Shown piece by piece: positions 1 through 10,305 of a DNA stretch of 64,000 nt. How positions within the stretch are numbered: position 1 is the stretch's first letter; every line of letters starts with the position of its first letter. Source of the stretch: Sphingomonadales bacterium (GTDB taxonomy: Bacteria > Pseudomonadota > Alphaproteobacteria > Sphingomonadales > Sphingomonadaceae); the NCBI GenBank assembly GCA_034668685.1, contig JAXDPA010000099.1, positions 4,510-68,509 of the forward strand, read 5' to 3'. Made by a program: the position numbers and the translations under genes. Under the pieces are notes generated by a model. It saw only the letters and a list, made by a program, of their open reading frames with translations. It did no database searches and was not told the DNA's origin.

Positions 1-1332
1 ATCGCGCGGGATGTGGGCGCCGTCGGCGAACCAGTGGAGGATGTCGCTGGGCGGCGCCTCGCGGTCGAGCAGATAATGGCTGACCACCGACGACCAGATC
101 AGGTCGTTGGCGCGCACCGCCGAGAACAGGGCCTGGAGGTCCTGGCTCCCCATGAAGCCCTTGTGGAGCAAATGGCGCTCCATCGCCCGGAGCTGCTCGG
201 GCTCGGTGAAGGTCGCCCAGGTGCCGAGCTCGGAGAAGTCGAACAGGCTGCCGATCGCCGTCGCCGAGGCGACGCGGTCCCCCTCCCCCTTCGCCGCCAG
301 GTAAGCGAGCGCGATTCCGACCAAAGTTCCGCCCATGCAGAAGCCGAACAGGTCGGCCTGGCGCTCGCCGGTCGCCTGCTCGATCGCGTCGAGCGCGGTG
401 ACCGGGCCAAGCCTGACGTAGTCGGCGATGCCCTTGTCGGCGAGCTCCGGCCCCGGATTGACCCAGGAGATGACGAAGACGGTGTGGCCTTCGCCGACCA
501 GCCAGCGGATCAGGCTCGACTTCGGCTGGAGGTCAAGCAGGTAATATTTGTTGACCAGGGGCGGCACGTAGAGGAGCGGCCGCCGGTACACCTCGTCGGT
601 CGCCGGGGCGTATTGGATGAGCTGCATCAGCTCGTTCTGGAAAACGACGCTGCCGGGCGTGGCCGCGAGATCGACTCCGAGCTCGAAATCCCGTTCGGCG
701 CGGCGGCGGACCCGCCCACCGTCCTCCGCCGCGTCGGCAAGCAGATTGGCGAGGCCGGACAAGAGGCTGACCGAGCCGGTGTCGATCGCGCGGCGCAGCG
801 CCTCGGGGTTGGTCAGCGGGAAGTTGGCCGGCGACAGGGCGTCGAGATATTGGCAGGTGAAGAATTCGACCTTGGTTCGGGTCGCCTCGTCGAGCGCCGA
901 GCCCTCGACCAGCTCCATCGCCCGGCGGGCGGTGAGCAGATAGGCCTGCTTGAGATAGTCGAACAAAGGCTCGCTCGACCAGGCCGGGTCCATGAACCGG
1001 CGGTCGCCGCGCTGCGGCTCGGCGAGCGGCTCCGGCTCGCGGCCCATCGCGCGGGCGGCGGCCGAGCCCCAGAGCTTCATCCAATCGCCCGCCGCTTTCT
1101 GCTGGGCGCGGAGGATTTCGCTCGGATGGGTGACGAGGTGGGCGGCGAAGGCGCCGAACGCGCGCCCGGGGGCGGCCGGATCGAAGGGCTGGGGGACGTG
1201 CGGGTCCATCGCCCGCTCCGCCGCCGCGCCGCCGAGCCGGATCGCGTTGGCGACCACCGCGCCCCAGGCGTCGGCCAGCTCGGAAGGGCTGGGCAGGCTC
1301 TCGGGAAGCCTGAAGACCTTGTCGTTCGCCAT
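1..1332 (-). CDS. phaC: Class I poly(3-hydroxyalkanoate) synthase, partial (3' end runs off window)
   Basis: Not in the ORF track because it has no stop in the window. Reverse strand from ATG 1332 (RBS AGGAG) reads MANDKVF...GDRRFMDPAW...ALSPANFPLTNP...TPGSVVFQNELMQLIQY...PPLVNKYYLLDL...VFVISWVNP...GFCMGG (lipase box with catalytic Cys)...RANDLIW. Confidence 0.93.
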   Translation of the reverse strand, partial: MANDKVFRLPESLPSPSELADAWGAVVANAIRLGGAAAERAMDPHVPQPFDPAAPGRAFGAFAAHLVTHPSEILRAQQKAAGDWMKLWGSAAARAMGREPEPLAEPQRGDRRFMDPAWSSEPLFDYLKQAYLLTARRAMELVEGSALDEATRTKVEFFTCQYLDALSPANFPLTNPEALRRAIDTGSVSLLSGLANLLADAAEDGGRVRRRAERDFELGVDLAATPGSVVFQNELMQLIQYAPATDEVYRRPLLYVPPLVNKYYLLDLQPKSSLIRWLVGEGHTVFVISWVNPGPELADKGIADYVRLGPVTALDAIEQATGERQADLFGFCMGGTLVGIALAYLAAKGEGDRVASATAIGSLFDFSELGTWATFTEPEQLRAMERHLLHKGFMGSQDLQALFSAVRANDLIWSSVVSHYLLDREAPPSDILHWFADGAHIPRD

Positions 1333-1369
1333 CGGCTCCTTCCTTAGAAGCCGAACGCTCAGAGCGCCA

Positions 1370-1546
1370 TCAGCCCTCGAGCGCGCCGCAATCGCGGGGG
1401 CTCACGTAGAGAAAGACGAGCGCCTGGGCCGGGTTCCGGGCGGCCCAGCCGGCCTCGGGATCGGCGGGCGTGCGGAAATCCGCATTCGCATCGCGGGAGA
1501 TCAGGTCCACTTCCGCGGCCGTCGCGGCCGAATGAGCCTCGAACAT
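1370..1546 (-). CDS. Small hypothetical protein (58 aa) upstream of phaC
   Basis: ATG preceded by GAGGAAG; co-oriented with phaC and divergent from a LysR gene; no recognisable family. Confidence 0.35.
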   Translation of the reverse strand: MFEAHSAATAAEVDLISRDANADFRTPADPEAGWAARNPAQALVFLYVSPRDCGALEG

Positions 1547-1642
1547 CACTATCTTCCTCTTGAAGGGCGCAAGCCTGTCTCTCATAAGCGGCGAGCGGAC
1601 ACCATCGGGAATGTCCCCGAACCGCTGTGCGGAAATTCACAT

Positions 1643-2542
1643 ATGGCCGAGTTCGACTGGAACGACCTCAGCAGCTTCCTCGCCGTCGCCCGGACCGGGA
1701 GGCTGACCGCGGCGGCCGCCCGGCTCGGAGTCGATCATTCGACCCTGTCGCGCCGGATCGCCGGGCTGGAGCATTCGCTGAAAGCCAAATTGTTCGACCG
1801 GAGCCCGTCCGGCTACGGCCTCACCGCCGCCGGAACGCGGCTGCTGCCGATCGCCGAGCAGATGGAGCGGCTGGCGCTCGGCGCCGGCGAAAGCGTCGGC
1901 GGGGAAGCGGCGAGCGTCGAAGGGGTGGTCCGGATCGGCGCTCCAGGCGGCTTCGGAAGCTGGTTCCTGGCGCCGCGGGCGGCACGTCTCCGGGACTCCT
2001 ACCCGCAGCTGCGCATCCAGCTGGTGGCCGCCTCGTCCCAGTTCAGCCTGGCGAAGCGCGACGCCGACATCGTCATCACGGTGAGCCGCCCGCCCGCCGG
2101 GCGGCTGACGGTCAGCCGGCTGGTCGATTACGACCTCGCCCTCTACGCCGCGCCGGCATACCTTAAGGCCCATCCCCCCATCGCTCGGACCGCGGACCTC
2201 GCCGGCCACCGCTTCGTCTCCTACATCGAGGACCTACTCCACTTCCCGGAGCTCGATTTCCTCCGCCACGTCGCGCCCGAAGGCGCGGCGGCGCTGGAGA
2301 CGAGCAACATCTTCGGGCAGTTCTTCGCGACCCGCGCCGGAGCGGGCCTCTGCGTCCTTCCCGGCTTCCTCGCCGGGGCCGAGCCGGGCCTGGTCCGGGT
2401 GCTGCCGGGCGAGGTCAAGCTCACCCGAAGCCTCTGGACGATCGTCCACCAGGACCAGGCCGAGCTCGCCCGAATCCGCGCCGTCACGCGCTTCCTGCGC
2501 GACGCGGTCGAGGCCGAGCGGGGCCTGTTCGCCCTCCCGTGA
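1643..2542 (+). CDS. LysR-family transcriptional regulator
   Basis: MAEFDWNDLSSFLAVARTGRLTAAAARLGVDHSTLSRRI HTH, LFDRSPSGYGLT, substrate-binding domain; about 299 aa. Confidence 0.93.
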   Translation: MAEFDWNDLSSFLAVARTGRLTAAAARLGVDHSTLSRRIAGLEHSLKAKLFDRSPSGYGLTAAGTRLLPIAEQMERLALGAGESVGGEAASVEGVVRIGAPGGFGSWFLAPRAARLRDSYPQLRIQLVAASSQFSLAKRDADIVITVSRPPAGRLTVSRLVDYDLALYAAPAYLKAHPPIARTADLAGHRFVSYIEDLLHFPELDFLRHVAPEGAAALETSNIFGQFFATRAGAGLCVLPGFLAGAEPGLVRVLPGEVKLTRSLWTIVHQDQAELARIRAVTRFLRDAVEAERGLFALP

Positions 2543-2554
2543 GCCACCACCTCT

Positions 2555-3974
2555 CTAGATGAAATAGGCCGCCGCGGCCGTCGCTCCGCCGATCAGGACG
2601 GCGGCGAACAGGCCGAGCAGGGAGGTGAGAAAGGAGCCCTGCTGGCGGCGCTGGAAGGTGCTGCGCTTGCCCGGCTTGCCGAACAGCAGCTCGATGAGCC
2701 CGGCCGCCCATCCGGCGGCCAGCGACCCCAGGAAGGTGACGAGAGCCGCGCCCGGATGACCGCGCGCCAGCACGAGTGGGAGGATCAGCGCGAACGGCGC
2801 CATCATCGCCAGCGCGGCCAGCAACTTGTTCCGGCGCAGGATTCCGCGCGGCACCGGCGAGACCGCGAGCAGATCCGGCGCCTCCTCGGCGGAGAGGGTG
2901 AGCCAGGCGAGGCTGCCGCACAATTGCCCGGCCGCGATCGCGCCGACGGCGGCGAGCACCGGCACCCGGAACTGCTCCGCGCCGCCGGTTCCCTTGAGAG
3001 CGAAAAAGACCAGCGGAAGCATGTAGATGAGACGCAGCAGCACGCTGAACAGGATCTCCGGCTCGCGCTTGAGCAGCCTCAACTCCTTCGCCCCCACCGC
3101 CGCGGTGAGGCTCGAGGCGAAGACGGCGGCGGCCCGCCCCTCCGTCTTGCGGCTGCGCGGGCTGCTATGCTCGCCGGCGCTCTGCCAGCCCCTGAGGAAA
3201 TGGGTGCGCAGCAGGGTCGACGCGATCCAGAAGAAAAGGGCGGCGACCGCGAGGCAGGCGAACAGCGGCACGATCTCGCCGAAGAGAGCCCGCGCCGGCC
3301 AGGCCGACCAGCCCTCGACGCCCCAGCCGGTGCGCTGCATCCACGCCGCCACGGCGCCGAACCGGCTGCCGCGGATGGCCCCGTTCGAGCTCAGCTGCGA
3401 AAGGAGGAAGATGAGGCCCCCGAGCATTGCCGCGACGATCTGGCCGACCGATTTCGCGCCCCTCGCGCCGATGCTGCGGACCAGCGCGATGGCGAGCCCG
3501 ATGCCGATCGCCGCGGCAACCACCGCCAGGGCCGCGATCATCGGCACCACCGCGAGCAGCCGCGGGTGGCCCCACAAAGCCGTCGGCAGAGCGACCGGCA
3601 GGAGCAGGATCGAGAAGGTCGTCGCCGCGGCTCCGGCGAGGCCGAGCAGCTTGGCTGAGAGCACCCGCCCCTCGGGCAGCGGCGAGGAGAGGAGCAGATC
3701 GAGGTCGCCCGCGGTGTAGAGCGTGCGCTGGCCGCCGAGCAGACCCTGGGTCAGCATGAAGGTGAAGAGCAGGACCAGCGCCGCGCTTGCCGAGACCAGG
3801 AAGCGCGGCGAGACGGTCAGCGGCCGGGCGGAGAGCCCGTAAGCGAGGAAGATTCCGAAGCCGACATAGGCGGTGAGCAGGACGAGGCGCAGGATCGTCC
3901 GGCGGCGGCTTCCCGCGGCCTGCCGGAAGGCGAGACGGATCTCGTGCAGCGCCAGCCAGGGCAGCGACCCCGGC

Positions 3975-3988
<14 letters not shown>
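2555..3988 (-). CDS. ABC-2-type exporter permease
   Basis: Many hydrophobic helices, DLDLLLSSPL motif, overlaps the ABC ATPase gene. Confidence 0.75.
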
Positions 3989-4763
<775 letters not shown>

Positions 4764-4864
4764 GTCCCAACCGTGGCAGGGGCGCGCGGCTTTTGGAAGC
4801 GCTCCCTTCACCCGGCGCGGGGCCTGCGCTATGCCGCCTCGTCCTTCCGGGGAGAATCGCCCAA

Positions 4865-5611
4865 GTGCCCAAGCCGTTCGCAATGCTGCCGCTCCTGGCG
4901 ATGCTCGGCGGCTGCGCCGGCTATGCGGCCGATTACTGGAAGCCGAAGGACAAGCTCGTCGGCCCGCAGCTGGCCCGCTACGGCCTGACCGGCAGCCAGG
5001 CCCAATGCGTCACGGGAAAGCTCAAGGCCAATCTCAGCGTCTGGCAGCTGCGCCAGCTCGGCGATCTCGCCGGACGGCTCCAGTCGGGCGGCCAGAACCC
5101 GACCGCGCTCGGGCCGCGCGACTTTCTCTACGTCGCGGGACTGGTCAAGGACCCGAAGGTCGGGGTCGAGGCGAGCCATGCGCTCGACGCCTGCGGCGCG
5201 ACCGGCGGTCCTCCGGTCCGCGCCGCGGCCGAGACCGCGCCCTCACCCGCTCCGGCCGCCGCCGCCGCCCAGCCGTCGGCGCCCGCGGCAGCGGCTGCGC
5301 CGCTCTGGGTCAATCTCGGCACCGCGGCCAGCGGCCAGGCGATCTCGGTCGACGCCGCCAGCCTCGAGAATGCGCCGGGCTGGCGCCAGGGCTGGTTCCG
5401 CCTCGCCAATCCGGGCGAGAGCGGCCCGGGCGCGCTCTCCTATCATCTGAAGATCGACTGCTCCGCCCACGCCATCACCGCGATAGGCGGCCGCAAATAC
5501 GGCGCCGGCGGCGAGATCGTCGAGCAAAAGGACTATCCGACGCCCCAGGGCCCGCTCCCGGTCGAGGCCGGGACGGTGATGGAAGTGGCCTATCGGGGGC
5601 TGTGCAGCTGA
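4865..5611 (+). CDS. Putative lipoprotein with Ala/Pro linker and adhesin-E-like C-terminal domain
   Basis: GTG start after GGGGAG; hydrophobic leader ending in lipobox LGGC; C-terminal W..LG...ISVD...W.R...IDC pattern. Confidence 0.6.
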   Translation: MPKPFAMLPLLAMLGGCAGYAADYWKPKDKLVGPQLARYGLTGSQAQCVTGKLKANLSVWQLRQLGDLAGRLQSGGQNPTALGPRDFLYVAGLVKDPKVGVEASHALDACGATGGPPVRAAAETAPSPAPAAAAAQPSAPAAAAAPLWVNLGTAASGQAISVDAASLENAPGWRQGWFRLANPGESGPGALSYHLKIDCSAHAITAIGGRKYGAGGEIVEQKDYPTPQGPLPVEAGTVMEVAYRGLCS

Positions 5612-5616
5612 GCGCC

Positions 5617-6042
5617 ATGGCCGAGGACAAGGCCGCCGCCCACCATCTCGAGCGCAGCGCCGATGCGGTGGCGAGCGCGACCAGCGATCTCAGTGACAGC
5701 GCCGACCGCCGCACTTTGCTCGCGGCCGACCGCACCCTGCTGGCCGCCGAGCGGACCTACGCCGCCTGGGTCCGCACCGCGCTCGCGGCGCTCGCCAGCG
5801 GAGTCGGCGGCCGGGCGCTGCTCGAAAGAGCGGTGCCCGACTGGCTCGGCCGGGCGACGGCCAGCCTGCTCATCCTGTTCGCCGCCTTCTGCCTGGTCGC
5901 CGCGGTGTGGCGGCAGCTGCAGCGCGCCGTCCCACCGCCGCACCCCGACCTCAAGCCGGTCCCGCACGGCCTGCTCATTTTCTTCAACGGCTTCCTCCTG
6001 CTGGTCTGCGCGGCCGCTTTGGTCGGCATGTGGGCCGCCTGA
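5617..6042 (+). CDS. DUF202/YidH-family membrane protein
   Basis: RTLLAAERTYAAWVRT motif followed by three hydrophobic helices. Confidence 0.85.
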   Translation: MAEDKAAAHHLERSADAVASATSDLSDSADRRTLLAADRTLLAAERTYAAWVRTALAALASGVGGRALLERAVPDWLGRATASLLILFAAFCLVAAVWRQLQRAVPPPHPDLKPVPHGLLIFFNGFLLLVCAAALVGMWAA

Positions 6043-6043
6043 C

Positions 6044-6697
6044 TTGGCCGAGCTGGTCCTCACCACCTTCGACTGGGTCCCGGACCTGCCGCGCGGATTC
6101 GTACGCGACCTGCGGGTGCGCTGGGCGCTCGAGGAAGCGGGCCTGCCTTACCGGGTCGAGAGCGTGCCGTTCGAGGGGCGCGGGCCCGAACATTTCGCCC
6201 GCCAGCCGTTCGGCCAGGTGCCATGGCTGACCGACGGCGACCGCTCGATCTTCGAGAGCGGCGCGATCCTCCTCCACCTCGGCGAGCGCAGCGCCGCGCT
6301 GATGCCTCCGGACCCGAACGGCCGAAGCGAGGCGATCCAGTGGCTGTTCGCGGCGTTGAACTCGGTCGAGATGGCCGCCCTCCCCTGGGCCCTGCTCGCC
6401 TTCACCGGCGACAAGGGCGACTCGGCCGCATCGAAATTCTTCGGCGACTGGGTCAAGGGGCGGCTCGCCCACCTCGAGCCGATCCTGGCGAGCCGCGAAT
6501 GGCTCGCCGGCCCCTTCTCGATCGCCGACATCGCGATGGCCGACACCCTCCGCCTCATTGCCCGCTTCGACGGCCTCGCCGAACACGAGGCCTGCGAGGC
6601 GTACGTCGCCCGTGCCACCGCCCGCGCCGCCTTCACGCAGGCCCATGCCGATCAAATGGCTCATTTTGCCGCGGCGGATCAACAGCCAGTAAAATAA
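6044..6697 (+). CDS. Glutathione S-transferase family protein
   Basis: TTG start; RVRWALEE, QPFGQVP, IFESGAILLHL, FSIADI motifs. Confidence 0.88.
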   Translation: MAELVLTTFDWVPDLPRGFVRDLRVRWALEEAGLPYRVESVPFEGRGPEHFARQPFGQVPWLTDGDRSIFESGAILLHLGERSAALMPPDPNGRSEAIQWLFAALNSVEMAALPWALLAFTGDKGDSAASKFFGDWVKGRLAHLEPILASREWLAGPFSIADIAMADTLRLIARFDGLAEHEACEAYVARATARAAFTQAHADQMAHFAAADQQPVK

Positions 6698-6910
6698 TCC
6701 TGCCGCGCACTGGATGCAGGGTGCGCCACGCCCTTAAAAGATTCGGTTGCGCAGCATCTTAAAGGCAGGCACACTTCGCCTCGGGGTAGGGAAACGACTC
6801 AAGTCGTGCGCCTGTATTCAGCGCTTTCAGATCCGTGGGCGTCACCATTTAAGCTTATCGGTCCGTACTCTGTGTGCGGATGCGAATACTTGCGCATGGG
6901 GAAATGAGCG

Positions 6911-8023
6911 ATGACGGCACAGAAAGCGACACTTCAGCAGCACCCGACTGCCGGCCAGCCGGCCTGCATTCCGGTTCCCCCCGATCTCAGTCTTCCCCTG
7001 ATCAACGAGCCTGCCCAGGCTTGTCCGCCCGAGCAGGGCGTGGACACGGTGGGCGCCCTTCAGTTCATCGTCGGAACGTGGACGAACCAGCCGCTGGCGA
7101 ATGGGCAAGGCGGCCCGGCCAATCCCTATTCCTACAATCTGATGGTGCTTCCCCAGCAGGATCCCTCCTCGCCCCAGGGCTACATCCTCAAGAACATGCA
7201 ATATTATGAGGAGATCACCTTCTCCGCCATTCACGGCAACGCCGCCAACCGGGGCGGCATCGGGGTCCAGGTCTGCAACCCGCTCTTCTACGAGCAGCGC
7301 ATCTACATCTCCCAGAAATCGGATACTCCGGTCGGCGACACCCTGGTCCACGCGGAGAACGGGGCCTGGCTGATCCTGGTCAGCAGCGATCAATTTCCGG
7401 GCCCCTATGGCGGGCCGCCCGAAAATCCGGTGCCTGGCAGCACGCCGCCGACCGGCTATCCGACCCTGGTCAAGCAGATCGCGGTTCCGCACGGCAATTC
7501 GGTGCTGGCGCTCGGCCAGGCGCCGCCCTTCCCCCTCCAGCCGGTCGCGGGCTCGCCGACCATTCCCGATCTCACCGGCACTATCATCCCCCAGGGCGTC
7601 GATGGGACCCCCTACAACACCGAGAGCGTCGGCAACCCGAACGTTCACTTCACCTTGAACCCGACCGCGCCGCTGGCCCAGGCCCTGTCGGTGGCGCCGG
7701 TCGACCAATATATCATGTTCCAGGTCGACACGGACTATCTCGACGGCTCCGGCCAGGTCACCAATATCGGCTTCGAGCAGCAGCATGCCGACGTAGTCCG
7801 CTATACCGCGACCTACTGGCTCGAGCAGCTTGCGGGCAGCGACGGCTTCAGCCAGCTCCAATATGTCCAGACCATCTATCTCAGGATCCCACTCGGCAAC
7901 GAGGACGTCGTCTTCCCGCACGTGACGTGCAACACCTTGACCCTCGTCCAATCCCCGCCGCCCCCGCCGCCCGGACCCGCGCCCTCGGAAGCGGCGCAGA
8001 TCCAGCTGGACGGCCAGGGATGA
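6911..8023 (+). CDS. Putative heme-binding beta-barrel protein (resembles the family annotated heme-binding/peroxidase FMP-type)
   Basis: 370 aa; GTW, NLMVLP, Y.E.I.F, NRG, L.YEQ.I, H.ENG.WL, PHG, LQY.Q.I.L and PHV...TL motif order matches my recollection of that family; first gene of the operon. Confidence 0.6.
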   Translation: MTAQKATLQQHPTAGQPACIPVPPDLSLPLINEPAQACPPEQGVDTVGALQFIVGTWTNQPLANGQGGPANPYSYNLMVLPQQDPSSPQGYILKNMQYYEEITFSAIHGNAANRGGIGVQVCNPLFYEQRIYISQKSDTPVGDTLVHAENGAWLILVSSDQFPGPYGGPPENPVPGSTPPTGYPTLVKQIAVPHGNSVLALGQAPPFPLQPVAGSPTIPDLTGTIIPQGVDGTPYNTESVGNPNVHFTLNPTAPLAQALSVAPVDQYIMFQVDTDYLDGSGQVTNIGFEQQHADVVRYTATYWLEQLAGSDGFSQLQYVQTIYLRIPLGNEDVVFPHVTCNTLTLVQSPPPPPPGPAPSEAAQIQLDGQG

Positions 8024-9591
8024 ACGACCAGCCCTCCATCGCCGTCGGCGCGCCCGAACCGATTACGCCGCTGACCGACGCGGAGAAGCGGGTGATCGCC
8101 TGGCTCAACGAGAACAGCAGCCGCGAGGCGGTGCTGGCCGACCTTCAGGACACCCTGCAGACGGCGATCGAGATCGAGCTCGCCACCATCCCGATCTATC
8201 TATTCACTTATTATTCGATCAACCGCGAGGCCGCGAGCGGGGAGAATCTCGAGGCCCCGCAGCTCTTCGCCAACAAGGCCGGCGCGGTGATCATGAGCGT
8301 CGCCGTCGAAGAGATGCTGCACATGTCGCTGTCGTCCAACGTACTGTTCGCGCTCGGCGGCACCCCGCGCCATTATCGCCGGGCCCCGGGGCAATATCCA
8401 ACGCCCCTCCCCTACCACAATCCGGTCGGCCCCAAGGGACCGGACGGGCAGACGGCGGTGCTGATCCCGCTCTCGAAGCTGAGCTTCGAGCAATTGTGGC
8501 ATTTCCTCCAGATCGAATATCCCGAGGCCAAGGACGTCACTCCGGAGGACCGGGACTGGGACACGATCGGCCAGTTCTATTCCTTCATCCGCTGCCTGTT
8601 GTGCACGAAATTCCTCTCGGACGCCGATTTCCAGCGCGGACCGGCCGAGCGCGGCATCCAGCCGGGAAATTATTCACCCAACAACATCGACACGGTCTTC
8701 CCCAAGGAGAAGTTCGACCCGTGGAAGACGGCGCCGCCGGTTCCCCTGCCCGGATGGCTCGCCAAGGACGGCCATCCGCGCGCGGCGGAGATCGCGCAGT
8801 TCACCGATTGCGCCGACAGTCACACCGGGCCCAGCGCCCTGCTCACCATCGCCACGGTCCGGAAAGCGATCAAGGCGATCGACACGGTCTGCGACCAGGG
8901 CGAGGGCGCCCCGATATGCGGCCCCAAGGTCGACCCGGACGACGATCTCTCGTCGCTCGAAATGTCGCACTACCAGAAGTTCCTGACGCTCCAGGCCCAG
9001 TTCGCCGCCTACAAGGATACGAAGGAAGATCTGCCGCCTTACTCGGACCGGGTCGCGCCGGTCGAGCCGACCGTCACCCAAAGCGAGCTGGAGGCCGCGG
9101 GCCTCATCTACAACTTCCCCGACAATCCGACGACCGGCATCTACCCGATCCACCTGTGGCCGATCTCGGCCTTCACCAGCGCCTGCTTCCAGTACATGCT
9201 GATCATGACGGAGACGATCTATCGGGTCCCGCCGCACCAGCAGAAGCTCTTCTTCAACGAGGGCCTCCACCGCTCGATGATCTGGGTGCTCGACAAATAT
9301 ATCAAGACGATCCGCAAGATCCCGGTCGGCGGCGGCAAGGTGATGGCTCCGACCTTCGAGAACGTCGATCTCGGCCCGCCCGTCACGGCCTTCGCCGGCC
9401 TCACCTATTACGGCAACCAGGCGATCGCCGCAGCCAACGCGATCCTCGCCGCCGACCCCAACGGGCCTCTGGCCTCGGTCATGTCGGACGTGATCTATTA
9501 TATCGGAGTGGCGATCTCGGCGACCAGCGCCGACGGACATCCGATGCACCTGCCCGACGTTGCCGAATATTGGAGCGAGGAAGAAGCATGA
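8020..9591 (+). CDS. Ferritin-like protein of the VioB/RebD/StaD (iminophenylpyruvate dimer synthase) C-terminal domain type
   Basis: AIEIELATIPIYL, VAVEEMLHM, IE.PE, TIGQFY, DQGEG and SHYQKF motifs; ATGA overlap with the upstream gene. Confidence 0.85.
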   Translation: MNDQPSIAVGAPEPITPLTDAEKRVIAWLNENSSREAVLADLQDTLQTAIEIELATIPIYLFTYYSINREAASGENLEAPQLFANKAGAVIMSVAVEEMLHMSLSSNVLFALGGTPRHYRRAPGQYPTPLPYHNPVGPKGPDGQTAVLIPLSKLSFEQLWHFLQIEYPEAKDVTPEDRDWDTIGQFYSFIRCLLCTKFLSDADFQRGPAERGIQPGNYSPNNIDTVFPKEKFDPWKTAPPVPLPGWLAKDGHPRAAEIAQFTDCADSHTGPSALLTIATVRKAIKAIDTVCDQGEGAPICGPKVDPDDDLSSLEMSHYQKFLTLQAQFAAYKDTKEDLPPYSDRVAPVEPTVTQSELEAAGLIYNFPDNPTTGIYPIHLWPISAFTSACFQYMLIMTETIYRVPPHQQKLFFNEGLHRSMIWVLDKYIKTIRKIPVGGGKVMAPTFENVDLGPPVTAFAGLTYYGNQAIAAANAILAADPNGPLASVMSDVIYYIGVAISATSADGHPMHLPDVAEYWSEEEA

Positions 9592-10301
9592 GAAGCATGA
9601 GGCGCCCGGGCCATAGTCCCGCATCCGAAGCGAAGGCCGTTGCGGCCGCGGCCGCGGCGGCCCCTTCCGGGCCCGGGTTTCCGATACCGGTCCCCAACCC
9701 CTATATCGTCGATCCGCCGGCTTTCCCGGAACATGCCCAGACCGGCGTGACCGGGATGCCGGCCCATTCCTGCATGGGTCTGAACAGCTGCCGCGGCACC
9801 GACCGCTTCGGGCTCGTCGGCCCGCCGGGACGGGGGCCCAATGCCTGCGCCGGCCAGGGCTATTGCGCCACCTCGAACAATCATACCTGCCACGTCCAGA
9901 ACGACTGCCGGAACCAGGGCGGCTGCGGCCTCTACGGCACCGCCGAGGAGATGAACCGGCCGGGCTATAACGACTGCCGCTCGCAGGGCTCCTGCGCGAC
10001 CCCGATCAACGCCGAGAGGTTCAGCACCAACGGCCAGAACCAGGGCAAGAGCGTTTGGGCGCGGGCGCGCGAGCTGTTCGAGACGGAAGTCTGGCCCGCG
10101 CTCCGCGACGAGCTTCAAGGTAAGCGCGAGAGCGGCGCCATCCCCGCCGACCAGCCGCTCCCCGAGACGCTCGGCAAGCCGCCCGCGCCGTTCACCGAGA
10201 GCGGCCCCAGCTATTTGTGGATCAGCAGCGTCAATGCCGATCGGGGCGCCTTTCAGGCTTGCGGAAGCAGCGGGATGAGCGGCGCCGGAGGCTGCAGCTG
10301 A
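9588..10301 (+). CDS. Cys-rich CX5C-repeat protein, probable MNIO substrate (bufferin-2-like)
   Basis: 237 aa, 11 Cys: HSCMGLNSCRG, NACAGQGYCAT, HTCHVQNDCRNQGGCG, NDCRSQGSCATP, tail ACGSSGMSGAGGCS; ATGA overlap; directly upstream of DUF692. Confidence 0.75.
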   Translation: MRSMRRPGHSPASEAKAVAAAAAAAPSGPGFPIPVPNPYIVDPPAFPEHAQTGVTGMPAHSCMGLNSCRGTDRFGLVGPPGRGPNACAGQGYCATSNNHTCHVQNDCRNQGGCGLYGTAEEMNRPGYNDCRSQGSCATPINAERFSTNGQNQGKSVWARARELFETEVWPALRDELQGKRESGAIPADQPLPETLGKPPAPFTESGPSYLWISSVNADRGAFQACGSSGMSGAGGCS

Positions 10302-10305
10302 GGCG

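Noticed and set aside
13-1347. 444-aa plus-strand ORF
   Set aside because: Antisense shadow of phaC, which has clear motifs on the minus strand. The many other long Arg/Gly/Pro-rich overlapping ORFs in the track (e.g. 14099-15889, 29498-31699, 49004-51280, 50973-53570) are likewise high-GC shadows.
6698-6910. Possible riboswitch in the leader of the MNIO operon
   Set aside because: Only a short hairpin (ACGACTCAAGTCGT) and AT-richer sequence are visible, with no recognisable riboswitch consensus. An Rfam scan would be needed.
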